A stretch of DNA of 64,000 nt from Chloroflexota bacterium (GCA_023475235.1 JAMCWG010000129.1:1724-65723); one strand, 5' to 3'. Positions 47,470 through 56,980 are shown, numbered from the stretch's first letter. The notes: generated from the sequence alone by a model not told the origin. Numbers and translations: made by a program.

Positions 47470-47651
47470 TACTTTACACCTTTTTCCACCAAATCGCTAA
47501 TGAGTCAACTGGAGGAGCTCGTCAAGCCGTACCTCATAGGCAGGAACCCATCCTTGTAGACAGAAGCGGCGACGTGCTCATGCCGCAGAAGCCTGGCATC
47601 GGCGTGGAGATCGACGAGCAGGCCCTGGCTAAGTATCAAGTTAGCCCGTAG
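47470..47651 (+). pseudogene. remnant of an enolase-superfamily (mandelate racemase/muconate lactonizing) gene
   Basis: Frame 1 reads ...SQLEELVKPYLIGRNPSL* (N-terminal-domain-like). Frame 0 ends ...DVLMPQKPGIGVEIDEQALAKYQVSP* (typical extreme C-terminus). The ~300 codons normally between them are missing. Confidence 0.5.
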
Positions 47652-47694
47652 AGTAGAGATAGAATCCTCAAAACGAAAGGACGGAGAGAGCGCT

Positions 47695-48195
47695 ATGCAT
47701 AAGATGACCGAGGACAATGAGAAAGCAGCCTTCGCCGGCGAGAGCCAGGCCCACATGCGATACCTGATATTCGCCGCGGCCGCGGACAGGCAGTTCCCCA
47801 ACGTGGCCAGGCTCTTCCGCGCCATCTCCTTTGCGGAGCAGGCCCACGCCACCAACCACCTCCGGGCCCTATCCGGCGCCGGCAGCACCGCCGACAACCT
47901 GGACGCTGCCATTGCCGGCGAGACCTGGGAGGTGGACGAGATGTACCCCTCGTACCGGGCCGTGGCCGACCTGCAGCAGGATAAGGCTGCCCTGCGGGCC
48001 ATCGACTGGGCCCTGGCGGCGGAGAAGGTGCATGCCACGCTGTACAAGCAGGCCAGAGAGTCGGTGGGGGCCGGCAAGGACGTCGAACTGGGGCAGGTGC
48101 ACATCTGCTCGGCCTGCGGCTACACCGGCGTCGGCGAGGTGCCCGACAAGTGCCCGCTCTGCGGCGCGACCAAAGACCATTTCCAGGTCTTCTAG
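47695..48195 (+). CDS. rbr: rubrerythrin
   Basis: Ferritin-like diiron domain (ESQAHMRY, EQAH, E..EV) plus a C-terminal rubredoxin-like CSACG...CPLCG. Confidence 0.92.
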   Translation: MHKMTEDNEKAAFAGESQAHMRYLIFAAAADRQFPNVARLFRAISFAEQAHATNHLRALSGAGSTADNLDAAIAGETWEVDEMYPSYRAVADLQQDKAALRAIDWALAAEKVHATLYKQARESVGAGKDVELGQVHICSACGYTGVGEVPDKCPLCGATKDHFQVF

Positions 48196-48204
48196 CAATC
48201 TGAT

Positions 48205-48275
48205 GTAGGGGGCGAACCTCGTGTTCGCCCCGATCAACAAATTGGGCGAAGGGCGAACACGAGGTTCGCCCCTAC
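48205..48275. repeat. REP-like element, family A, copy 2: about 25-bp inverted arms
   Basis: gtagggggcgaacctcgtgttcgccc - 20 nt - gggcgaacacgaggttcgcccctac. Each arm is itself a hairpin. Lies between convergent rbr and acsE, so it is a likely bidirectional terminator. Confidence 0.75.
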
Positions 48276-48281
48276 TGTGTC

Positions 48282-49199
48282 TTACACGCGCAGGTACGAG
48301 TGCGCGTAGAGGATCTTGTTCTGTAGTATTTGCACCGTCTTGTAGATGGCCACCTGGTCGGGGTCCTTCATGTCGACCAGCGACGGGTCCAGCTCCTCCA
48401 TGTTGGCCACGGCATCGCACAGGTTTACCATCAGTTGCTTCACCGGCGTGCTGGTGTCTCTCGTGGCGACGGTCCGGACGGCTTCCAGAAGCTCCTTGTC
48501 CAGCGGATCGGCGATGGCCGCGTCCAGGCCGGCGCCCATACACATCACCATGAACACCCGGTTGATCAACGGGCGGTTCTCGTTCGGAGCGCCGTTGGAG
48601 ACGTTGCTGAGCCCGACCACCGTCTTCGGTGGAGGATCGGATAGCTGCTTGAAGATGCGGATGGCTTCGACGGTCTCAATCACCGCGTCCTGGTTGGAGG
48701 TGACCGTCAGCACCAGCGGGTCGAAGTAGATGCGCTCGGTCGGCACGCCGGCCTCGCTGATCCGGCCCAGCAGATCGATGGCGATCTCCGCCCGCCCGGC
48801 CGCCTCGTTGGGGATGCCTTTCTCAGTCATCGTGAGGACAATCAGGTCGGTGTTGTACTGGGTCGCCAGCGGCACCATCGCGTTGAACCGGTTGGCTTCG
48901 GCCGAGGCCGAGTTGATCATGCTGCGCCCTTTGCAGACCTTGAGACCTGCCTCCACGGCAGCGGCGTTAGTCGTGTCCAGCGACAGCTCGACATCGGTCA
49001 CTTGCTGCGCCGTCTCCACGATCCACGGCATCACCTCGATCCCCGTCCGGCGGGCCGGGCCGATATTGAGGTCGATGACGTGGGCACCTGCCTTGACCTG
49101 CTGCAGGGCCATCTCCTGGATGGCCTTCGCATCCCGATTGTCGACGGCCGCCCTCACCCGCGGGGCAATGATATGGATCCTCTCACCAATGATCAGCAC
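48282..49199 (-). CDS. acsE: methyltetrahydrofolate:corrinoid/iron-sulfur protein methyltransferase
   Basis: Pterin-binding TIM-barrel sequence. Start trimmed to the GTG at 49199 (product begins LIIGERIH, like known AcsE) with AGGAGGA about 10 nt upstream. Confidence 0.85.
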   Translation of the reverse strand: MLIIGERIHIIAPRVRAAVDNRDAKAIQEMALQQVKAGAHVIDLNIGPARRTGIEVMPWIVETAQQVTDVELSLDTTNAAAVEAGLKVCKGRSMINSASAEANRFNAMVPLATQYNTDLIVLTMTEKGIPNEAAGRAEIAIDLLGRISEAGVPTERIYFDPLVLTVTSNQDAVIETVEAIRIFKQLSDPPPKTVVGLSNVSNGAPNENRPLINRVFMVMCMGAGLDAAIADPLDKELLEAVRTVATRDTSTPVKQLMVNLCDAVANMEELDPSLVDMKDPDQVAIYKTVQILQNKILYAHSYLRV

Positions 49200-49280
49200 C
49201 CTTGGCAATCCTCCTTCCACTCTCGTGAGGTCCTTCGTCCATCGTTGGACAAAGGGCCCGTTTTATGTCAACACTCCCGA

Positions 49281-50069
49281 TCAATGCCGCCCGGAAAGCA
49301 CGGAGCGTAGATCCCTCAGGCCCACGGCCTCGGCGATGGCGGCCACCGCCTTGTAGGTGGCCGACTCGGCGGGCAACCCCACCAGCGGACGGCCCTCGGC
49401 GTCGTACTCGGCCACCAGATGGTCCTCCGGCAGCACACCGGCCAGGGGCGCCCCCACGCGCTCCGCCGTCTCCTTTATCGCTGGCGGCAGCTCGCCGCTG
49501 GCCCGATTGAGCACCAGGTACACGCGGCCAACCCTGGTCTTCAGCTCCTTGATGAGATCCACCACCCTTTGGGCGGCGGTGAGCCCCCGCAGGGACAGAT
49601 CGGACACCACGAACAGCAGGTCGACGTCCTGGGTGGTGCGGCGGCTCAAGTGCTCCAGCCCTGCCTCGTTGTCGATCATAATGAAATCGTAGCTGCCGCT
49701 GAGCTGGTCCACGCAGCGCCGCAGCATAGTGTTGGCCGCGCAGTAGCATCCCGGGCCCTCCGGCCGGCCCATCGCCAGCAGGTCTACCCCCTTGCCTTCC
49801 ACCAGCGCTTCGTTGATCCGCAGATCGAGGTAGTCCTGCTTGGCGATGCCGCCGCCCATATTCCCCTTGACCGTGGCGAGCATCTCCTCTCGGACGTCGC
49901 CTACCGTATCCTCCAGTGGCATCCCCAAGGCCAGGTTCAAGTTGCTGCTTGGGTCGGCATCGATCGCCAGCACAACCCCCAGATGGTTATCGCATATATA
50001 CTTTATCAGGAGGGCGGCGAAGGTAGTCTTGCCCACGCCCCCTTTTCCTGCAACCGCAATAGTCGCCAA
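49281..50069 (-). CDS. cooC: CooC/AcsF-type nickel-insertion ATPase
   Basis: MATIAVAGKGGVGKTT deviant Walker A and a CxC motif (PGCYC). TTG start after AAGGAG. Confidence 0.88.
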   Translation of the reverse strand: MATIAVAGKGGVGKTTFAALLIKYICDNHLGVVLAIDADPSSNLNLALGMPLEDTVGDVREEMLATVKGNMGGGIAKQDYLDLRINEALVEGKGVDLLAMGRPEGPGCYCAANTMLRRCVDQLSGSYDFIMIDNEAGLEHLSRRTTQDVDLLFVVSDLSLRGLTAAQRVVDLIKELKTRVGRVYLVLNRASGELPPAIKETAERVGAPLAGVLPEDHLVAEYDAEGRPLVGLPAESATYKAVAAIAEAVGLRDLRSVLSGRH

Positions 50070-50129
50070 GTATTGGTCTCCTTACCGGGTACTAATCACC
50101 CCGGCGATGTATATTGACAGAGGCCCTTC

Positions 50130-52166
50130 TCACGCCTTCACCGCCGCCGTCCCCTTCTGGCGGGTCTGCTCCAGCAGTCTCCCCACGGACGGGAACTCAT
50201 TGATGTCGGTATGGGGCAGGAAGAGCGCCCTCGTGTATTCATCCATAAATGAGTTGTCTGCCGACAACTCCAGATAAGTCATCTTTCGCGCTACCGCCTG
50301 CAGCGCGGCCCGCGCCTCCCGGCACACCAGGGCGAAGTACGCCCCCAGCGCCGAGGAGTTGCCTACGTATTTTATCCGGTCCCAGGGCATATCCGGCAGC
50401 AGGCCGATCTGAATGGCCTTCTCGATATGGATATGCTGGCCAAAAGCGCCGGCGATCATCACCTGCTCGACATCGGCCATCGTCAGCCCCACCGAGCGGA
50501 CCAGCACGGAGAAGCCGGCGTAAATGGCCCCCTTTGCCCGCAGCAGGTTGTTGATGTCGGCCTCGGTGAGCACGATATCTCGCTTCGCTCCCTGCTCTCC
50601 CGCCTTCACCAGCACGTACTCGGCGATGTTGTTCGCGATGCGGACGCGCGGTGTATCGAGGTCGCGGCGCATCCGGCCGCCCTTGTCAATGATGCCGCTG
50701 ATGAACATCTCGGCCAGCGCGCCCAGCAGGCCCGATCCGCAGATGCCCTGGGGCGGCAGGTCGCCTATGGTGCGGCAGGTCGGCTCCAGCGTCTCGCTGT
50801 TGATCCATACCTCCTGGACGGCGCCGGGTATCGCCCGCATCCCATCCTTCACACCGCCTCCCTCAAAGGCCGGCCCCGCGGAGCAGGCGCAGGTGATGAG
50901 CCACTCCTTGTTCCCCAGCACAATCTCCCCGTTGGTGCCCACGTCGATGAACAGCGTCAGCTTGTCGGTCCGGAACATGCCGGAGCTCAGCACGCCGGCA
51001 GTGATGTCGCCGCCCACGTACGAGCCCACGCCAGGCGCGCACTTCACGCGCGCCTGGGGATGGATGGGAATGCCCAGGTCGGCCGCCAGCACCGCCGGGG
51101 GCAGGTTGACGGTCGGGATATAGGGGGCCTCACGCACATACTTCGGGTTGAGCCCCAGAAAGAGATGGGTCATCGTGGTGTTGCCCGCCACGCTCATCTC
51201 GTAAATGTCGCGCAGCTCGATCCCGTTGCGCTTGGCCAGCTCGTCCAGCAAGCCGTTGATGGTATCCGTCACCAGCTTGCGCAGGTGATTGAGCCCATCG
51301 CCCCGCTGCGAATAGATGATGCGCGAGATGACGTCGTCGCCGCAGGAAATCTGCGCATTGTAGGCAGAGGCCGTATCCAGCACCTGCGCGTTGGCGGTGT
51401 TCACCAGGTAGACGACAACCGTGGTAGTGCCGATGTCCACGGCCACCCCGAGCGCCCTGCCGGTCGTATCGCCAGGCTCCACGGCCAGGAGGCGGGTAGG
51501 GCCTTCCATATGTACACCGGTTTCGCCCATCTCCTCTTCCCATTGCTGAGGAAGCTGGGGCTCTTCGTCGTCCACGACGGCTGTGACATCCCAGTTGGCG
51601 CTGCGCACATCGGCCGCCAGGGTCCGCAGGACCGGCAGATCGGCCCGCAGCCGGGGCACTCCGTACTCCCGGACCAGGTCCCGTCCCAGGCGGTCGAAGT
51701 CATTGGTGTTATCTTCCATGCTGGGCCCCTCGACGGCGACGTGCAGCTTGCGCAGGCTGGGCTGGCAGATGAAGCTTCCGTCGAGGGGCAGGGCGATTTG
51801 TGCGGCCCGCGCCTCCTCCTGGGGGCGGTAGCGCCGGGAGATGGCCTCTCGCGGCTCGACGAAGACGGTCAGGCTGCCCTGCACCTGGGTCTGGCATGCC
51901 AGGGCGTGGCCCTGCGCCACCTCATCGGCAGTCAGATGATAGGTGTCACGGCGGGCGACGTCGCCGCTCTCCACCAGCACGCGGCAGCGGCCGCAGCGGC
52001 CGTACCCACCACAGGGCGTCTCGATGCTGACGCCGGCCTGGCGCGCCGCGTCCAGCAGGAGCGTTCCGGCCGGCACTTCGATAACCCGCCCGGAGGGCTT
52101 GAAGACCACCGCGCACCGCCTGGCCTCGCGCACCTGGCCGTTCCCTGACGGGAGTCTGGTATCCAT
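50130..52166 (-). CDS. reductive activator of the corrinoid Fe-S protein (RACo; [2Fe-2S] ferredoxin domain + ASKHA ATPase domain)
   Basis: N-terminal VVFKPSG...CGGYGRCGRCRV plant-type ferredoxin domain, then an ASKHA-fold region (VAVDIGTTTVV, IDVGTNGEIV). Start uncertain (ATG at 52166 or a downstream GTG). ORF-track residues upstream overlap acsC. Confidence 0.8.
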   Translation of the reverse strand: MDTRLPSGNGQVREARRCAVVFKPSGRVIEVPAGTLLLDAARQAGVSIETPCGGYGRCGRCRVLVESGDVARRDTYHLTADEVAQGHALACQTQVQGSLTVFVEPREAISRRYRPQEEARAAQIALPLDGSFICQPSLRKLHVAVEGPSMEDNTNDFDRLGRDLVREYGVPRLRADLPVLRTLAADVRSANWDVTAVVDDEEPQLPQQWEEEMGETGVHMEGPTRLLAVEPGDTTGRALGVAVDIGTTTVVVYLVNTANAQVLDTASAYNAQISCGDDVISRIIYSQRGDGLNHLRKLVTDTINGLLDELAKRNGIELRDIYEMSVAGNTTMTHLFLGLNPKYVREAPYIPTVNLPPAVLAADLGIPIHPQARVKCAPGVGSYVGGDITAGVLSSGMFRTDKLTLFIDVGTNGEIVLGNKEWLITCACSAGPAFEGGGVKDGMRAIPGAVQEVWINSETLEPTCRTIGDLPPQGICGSGLLGALAEMFISGIIDKGGRMRRDLDTPRVRIANNIAEYVLVKAGEQGAKRDIVLTEADINNLLRAKGAIYAGFSVLVRSVGLTMADVEQVMIAGAFGQHIHIEKAIQIGLLPDMPWDRIKYVGNSSALGAYFALVCREARAALQAVARKMTYLELSADNSFMDEYTRALFLPHTDINEFPSVGRLLEQTRQKGTAAVKA

Positions 52167-52195
52167 CTGATCCGTTCCCACGGGTTGCCTGCCCA

Positions 52196-53548
52196 CTAAC
52201 TCCGAAGGCTCTTCAAGTACGAGGACAGGTCGACGGCCTCGCGCGGCCCCACGCGGATCTCCCAGCCGGGCAGCTCTTCCTCGATCTCGCCGGACATGCC
52301 GGCGACGTAGCCGGGGATGATCAGCCGCTTGTGGGCGATCTTGTCCAAGATGCCGGAGGTCTGGACGGCCTTCTTGATCTTCTCCGCGTCGAACTTGCCC
52401 GCCGCCCACGCCGTCAGCACTGAGAGGCCCTCGGAGTCGGCGATCAACAGCCAGGCGGGCACGCCGCTGGCCTCGACCTCTCCGGCCACCGTGAAGTAGG
52501 TCAGCGAGAAGTTGGTGGTGATAAGCAGCGGCGAGTTGGCGTCGGGCTCATGGATGGGATAAACGTCGGGCTTCACCTGGATGGGCTTCTGCGGGTCGGT
52601 ATAGATGTTCTGGCGGAGCGTCAGCAGCGGGTAGATCAGCGTCGGATCGAAGTGATCGAGCACGATGACTCCACCGTACTTGGCGATATGCTGGCTCGCC
52701 GCGGCCACCTCCTCCAGAGGCGAGCTCGCCCCTTCTCCCGGGAAGGAGATCATGGGGAAGCCCAGCGGCCGGAAGTTCTTGCGCAGCGCCAGACGCCGTA
52801 TCTTGGTCATCGCCTGGAGGCTGTCGACCATCGACCGGGTGCCCGGGTCCAGCATCAGATCGGTCACGCCGGCCTTTGTGATATCCTCGGTGAGCGTGGC
52901 CAGCGCCGACAGGTCGCCGCAGTCCACTTTCACGGCCAGCGGGCTCTTGTACTTCCTGGCCACCTCGGCCATCGCCTGCCAGTTGCCGGCGTCGGCGGCG
53001 TACAGCAGGGGCCGCCGGTCGGCCACCATCGGCATAACCGTGTCCAGGGTTGCCGGAACGCTCGACATCAGCACCAGCGCGACGTTGGCATTGGATCCGA
53101 CGACTTCAATTGCCTTGGCAAACGCGCTCGTGTCGCCGGAAGCATTCTCGATGGCCACGCCGTCCACATTCAGGCTGAGTCCCACTCGCTCCACGCAGTA
53201 GCCGCACACCGCGTCGGCCACCGCCTTGATCTCGTCAGCCGACTGCGTGTCCTTGACGCGCACCACAAGGCCGGGCTGGTGGTAGAAAGTCTTGTCGTGG
53301 CGGTACAGCACCGTCTCGTTGCCCACCTCGATCTTCCGGCCATCGGCGCCGATGCTCACCAGGCGCACCGGCGGGGCCGAGGCAGCCTCCAGCTCGTTCT
53401 TCGCCTCTTCGGTGACATACGGGCAGGCTGAAAGCTCCGCCGACTTGGTAGCCAGCTTCATTGCGAAGGCGAGACAGGTGGGAACGCCGCACTCCTTGCA
53501 GTTCGTCTTGGGCAGTAGCTTGTATATTTGCAGTCCAGTAAGCGCCAT
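52196..53548 (-). CDS. acsC: corrinoid iron-sulfur protein large subunit
   Basis: MALTGLQIYKLLPKTNCKECGVPTCLAFAMKLA N-terminal [4Fe-4S] motif. Start at the ATG at 53548 after GGAGAGG. Confidence 0.9.
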   Translation of the reverse strand: MALTGLQIYKLLPKTNCKECGVPTCLAFAMKLATKSAELSACPYVTEEAKNELEAASAPPVRLVSIGADGRKIEVGNETVLYRHDKTFYHQPGLVVRVKDTQSADEIKAVADAVCGYCVERVGLSLNVDGVAIENASGDTSAFAKAIEVVGSNANVALVLMSSVPATLDTVMPMVADRRPLLYAADAGNWQAMAEVARKYKSPLAVKVDCGDLSALATLTEDITKAGVTDLMLDPGTRSMVDSLQAMTKIRRLALRKNFRPLGFPMISFPGEGASSPLEEVAAASQHIAKYGGVIVLDHFDPTLIYPLLTLRQNIYTDPQKPIQVKPDVYPIHEPDANSPLLITTNFSLTYFTVAGEVEASGVPAWLLIADSEGLSVLTAWAAGKFDAEKIKKAVQTSGILDKIAHKRLIIPGYVAGMSGEIEEELPGWEIRVGPREAVDLSSYLKSLRS

Positions 53549-53568
53549 TGTAGCCTCTCCTTCGAATT

Positions 53569-54537
53569 CTACTTGGCGACCAGTTGGTCGATAGTCTTCT
53601 TCACGATGGCCACGGCCTCCGGGTGCCGCATCACCAGGATATCGGCCCCGGCCTCGATCAGGGAAGTTGCGGTGACCGTCTCCCAGGCGATGCCCCGCTC
53701 CTTCCAGTCGCCCCAGGCCTCGGGCACGCCCTCGCCCACCTTCGATTCCTTCGCCCGCCACGCCTCGTGGCCGGCGGTGCAGATCATCGGCTGCTGGGTC
53801 ATCGCGTCGCCCTGCAGGGCGGCCAGGCGCAGGCGCTCCATCACCGAGTAGGTGTACTCCAGGCCGTAGCCGAGGGCCCCGGTCGTCGGGTCCATCAGGA
53901 TGCGGTCGAGGGGCAGGCCCATATCGCTGATCAGGATGTTCAGTTGCTTCTGGATGTTCACATCGATGGGCGCCCGCGCGACGGCGATGTGGCCGCTACC
54001 CATGCAGGCCGCGGCGATGGTGCGGTAGTTATTCTGCTCGCACAGGCCCAGGGCCAGCCGCTCGCCCGCCGTAGCCTCCGCTACCGCCACCAGGACCTCG
54101 TTATCCTTGTCCGGGGCGCCGGGGCCGTAGACGATCAGCGGCACGCCGACGGCCGCCAGCACGTCCTTGACCACCCGGGCCGAATCTTCGGGGGAGCGAT
54201 CGTTGACCTCGGGGTGCGCGCCGCGGAGGGTCAGGGCGATGGCATCGGCGCCCAGCTCGACGGCCTTCTTCGCCCAGGCCACCACATCGTTCACCACGTC
54301 GCCCCAGTAGTCCATCAAAATGGGCGACCAGTCCTGCGGGGCGATGTCATAGATCTCGATAGCCACGACCGGGCGATGGGGAGTCTCTCCTTCGAAATGA
54401 AGGAAGGGCATGGTCCCTTCACCGCCAACGGTGACGGTGGAAGTCCGCGTCCCGCCTTCGGCGGCCGTCGCCCCCAGGGTTATCTCTCTTACTTTCCCAG
54501 CCCACTTCTCTGTGGGGGTCTCAACTGTAACCGGCAC
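53569..54537 (-). CDS. acsD: corrinoid iron-sulfur protein small subunit
   Basis: 322 aa TIM-barrel CFeSP small-subunit sequence. GTG start after AAGGAGAG. Lies 20 nt upstream of acsC. Confidence 0.88.
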   Translation of the reverse strand: MPVTVETPTEKWAGKVREITLGATAAEGGTRTSTVTVGGEGTMPFLHFEGETPHRPVVAIEIYDIAPQDWSPILMDYWGDVVNDVVAWAKKAVELGADAIALTLRGAHPEVNDRSPEDSARVVKDVLAAVGVPLIVYGPGAPDKDNEVLVAVAEATAGERLALGLCEQNNYRTIAAACMGSGHIAVARAPIDVNIQKQLNILISDMGLPLDRILMDPTTGALGYGLEYTYSVMERLRLAALQGDAMTQQPMICTAGHEAWRAKESKVGEGVPEAWGDWKERGIAWETVTATSLIEAGADILVMRHPEAVAIVKKTIDQLVAK

Positions 54538-54682
54538 AGAAACTCTCCTTTCGCCTCAACTTCAGTCTGTGTTCAGTCCCTTTCCAGGTGGCATCTCACC
54601 CGCAACCTGTGCCTGCCCATAATCATCTTCTGTCGTCAGTCAGCAGGCGGTGCTGGCGCTCTGTGGAATGCCTGTTCGCTCC

Positions 54683-54716
54683 GACCGCCGATTTCCTCTA
54701 GAGGACATCGGCGGTC
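54683..54716 (-). other. 10-bp stem hairpin in the 208-nt acsB-acsD spacer
   Basis: gaccgccgat - 14 nt - atcggcggtc, about 30 nt after the acsB stop. Confidence 0.45.
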
Positions 54717-54745
54717 CAGTAGCACGGATTGACGGGCAGTGTAAT

Positions 54746-56980
54746 CTAGAACAGTGGGTCCATCGTCAGCGCCGGATGGCCCTTTTCCTCCAGGAACGGC
54801 AGCAGCTCTTCCACGGTGGTCGCCACCCCCTCATCGGCAATCTTGTCGAGCAGGTCCGGTATGCCCTCTCGCTCGGCCGCCGCCTGGAGCTCTTCCTGCA
54901 TGCTCTCCTTGAGAACGCTGGACATCCAGACTACCCGCTTCAAGCCACCCTCGGTAGCCAGGAACTTGCGGCTGCCCAGGAAGTACTTCCCGATGCCCAT
55001 CACGCCCGGCGCCTGCACGCCGCCGCCCGCCATACCGGCCAGGGTGGAGAAGGTCATGCCGGCGGGGGTCATGCTGGGGTCCTCGCGGGACACCACCATC
55101 ACGCCGTTGGCCTCCGGTATCATCATCACGATGCACTCGAAGCAGCCGCACGATGTCATCGGCGCATCCATCATCGAGTACATGGTCACCCGCTCCACTG
55201 ACTGGTTGGTGTTGGCGTAGACGAACTGGTTGATGCTCTCCCATTCGCCTTTCTCGGCGTCGATGAGGCCCTTCTTCTCGATGGGCCGGTTGGGGCCGGT
55301 GGGGTAAATCTCGTAGGCCGCCTTGCAGTCCAGCCAGTTCTCCGAGCCGCAGAGGCCCAGCCGCTCGGGAGAGACCACACAGATATGGTTGGGAGCAAAC
55401 GACTGGCACAGGGCACACGAGTAGAACACATCCACCGAATCGTCCGTCAGGCTGGCCACCCGCTCGTTGCGCTCGCGGAAGGCCTCCCGGGCCACCTTGA
55501 TCCACTCCTGCACATCGTCCTTTTCGGTATATAGTGTGACCTGTACCTTGTCCACGATGGCCGAGAACTCGGACAGGATGCGTGCCCGGATGATCTCGCC
55601 CAAGTGCTTGACACGGAAGCCCTTGTCGTAGGCGGCATTGGCGACGCGGATCCAGGCGATATCCCGCTGGCCCATATGCTGCACGCCCTCGGCGCCGTTG
55701 ATGAAGTGGTGGATGTGCCGCTCCAGCACCGGCTCGAAGTCGGTCTGCATCTTGCGGCCGGCCACCTCGACCACGATACCCAGGTCGAGGGCACCGCCCT
55801 GGTCGACGCTGTCCATATCCTGGCCGACGAGGGTGATCTTCCCGTCCTCGATCTCGCTGGTGTCCCGCATCCGCAGGAACTCGAAGCAGGACGAGCGCCG
55901 CCCGCCGAACTCGGCGCGCAATTGCTCACGCCGGACGCGCTCTCCCTCGAAGGCGGGGCCGTAGGACACCGGGATAGGCACCTTGCTGATGCGAATCTTG
56001 ACGCCGCGCACCTCGATGCAGCGCTGCACCAGCTTCTCTGCCCTCTCCAGGTCGTCCGCGCCCGGGATGTCGTCGAAGGGCATCCGTACGACAGCCTCGT
56101 AGATGGTGAGGCCGTTGGGGAAGATGTTGGGGATATTCGTGTCGGCGATGACCGGAAAGCCATAGGACACAGCGCCCGCGGCGGTGGCATACTTGATGTC
56201 GTCCACCTCGCCCAGGGCCAGCACGAAGGCGAACACCCGATACTTGTTGTACAGGAGGATATCCTCGCCCTGGCCCGGCTTCAGCCCGCCGAAGGATATG
56301 GCCGAGCGGGTGGCGAAGCCCAGGGCGTGGACGGCAGAGATAGTGTCGGGGCCGAAGGGCACGATGTAGGTGCCATAGCCCATCTCCACGCCCTCTTCCA
56401 TCAACTGGTCGACGATGGTCTTCTTGCCGCGCTCCGGCGAGCCGCTGGCCAGCAGGACCAGGATACCGCGCGACTGGAGCTCGCGCACGATCTTGACGGC
56501 CACCTCGTTGCTCTTGGCCGTGCCCACGATGGCGGCGAAGCCGGGCATCCGGCCATCCACCAACTGGATGCCCCACGCCCGCATCTGCGGGTCGTCGATG
56601 GGGCCATTGTACTTCGCGCCGTTGTTGGTGCTCGCCGGCCAGCCGCCGTTCAGGCTGCGCACACCCTCTATCAGCTCCTCGGCGAAGAGGGTAGCCATGC
56701 CGGCGTCCAGTGCTGGGCCTAGATACGGAAGCCACAGCGCTTCGGAAGGCTCGGGGGCAAGAAGGCTCTTGGCGTGGTCAAGGGTGACCCGCACATCGCT
56801 CAGCTTCTCGATAGCGTGGCCCGTCAGACCATAGACCGTTGGCAAATAGTAACCGGTGCTGGGAAAAGCAACCGGCTTGTCAGGACCAAATTTCTCCAGT
56901 GCGGCCTGTATCTCCTGCTCCGCTTGTGCAACCACCTGGTGTGCACCGCGTATTGCAGCGGCCGCGATTCTCCTTGACAT
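54746..56980 (-). CDS. acsB: acetyl-CoA synthase (A-cluster subunit of CODH/ACS)
   Basis: 744 aa with full-length AcsB pattern, including A-cluster ligand regions (CALCQSFAPNHICVVSPERLGLCG, MTSCGCFE). ATG after AGGAGGAA. Confidence 0.93.
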   Translation of the reverse strand: MSRRIAAAAIRGAHQVVAQAEQEIQAALEKFGPDKPVAFPSTGYYLPTVYGLTGHAIEKLSDVRVTLDHAKSLLAPEPSEALWLPYLGPALDAGMATLFAEELIEGVRSLNGGWPASTNNGAKYNGPIDDPQMRAWGIQLVDGRMPGFAAIVGTAKSNEVAVKIVRELQSRGILVLLASGSPERGKKTIVDQLMEEGVEMGYGTYIVPFGPDTISAVHALGFATRSAISFGGLKPGQGEDILLYNKYRVFAFVLALGEVDDIKYATAAGAVSYGFPVIADTNIPNIFPNGLTIYEAVVRMPFDDIPGADDLERAEKLVQRCIEVRGVKIRISKVPIPVSYGPAFEGERVRREQLRAEFGGRRSSCFEFLRMRDTSEIEDGKITLVGQDMDSVDQGGALDLGIVVEVAGRKMQTDFEPVLERHIHHFINGAEGVQHMGQRDIAWIRVANAAYDKGFRVKHLGEIIRARILSEFSAIVDKVQVTLYTEKDDVQEWIKVAREAFRERNERVASLTDDSVDVFYSCALCQSFAPNHICVVSPERLGLCGSENWLDCKAAYEIYPTGPNRPIEKKGLIDAEKGEWESINQFVYANTNQSVERVTMYSMMDAPMTSCGCFECIVMMIPEANGVMVVSREDPSMTPAGMTFSTLAGMAGGGVQAPGVMGIGKYFLGSRKFLATEGGLKRVVWMSSVLKESMQEELQAAAEREGIPDLLDKIADEGVATTVEELLPFLEEKGHPALTMDPLF

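Noticed and set aside
50427-52148. 573-aa plus-strand ORF
   Set aside because: It is antisense to the RACo gene inside a tightly packed minus-strand operon, and its composition is typical of a shadow frame.
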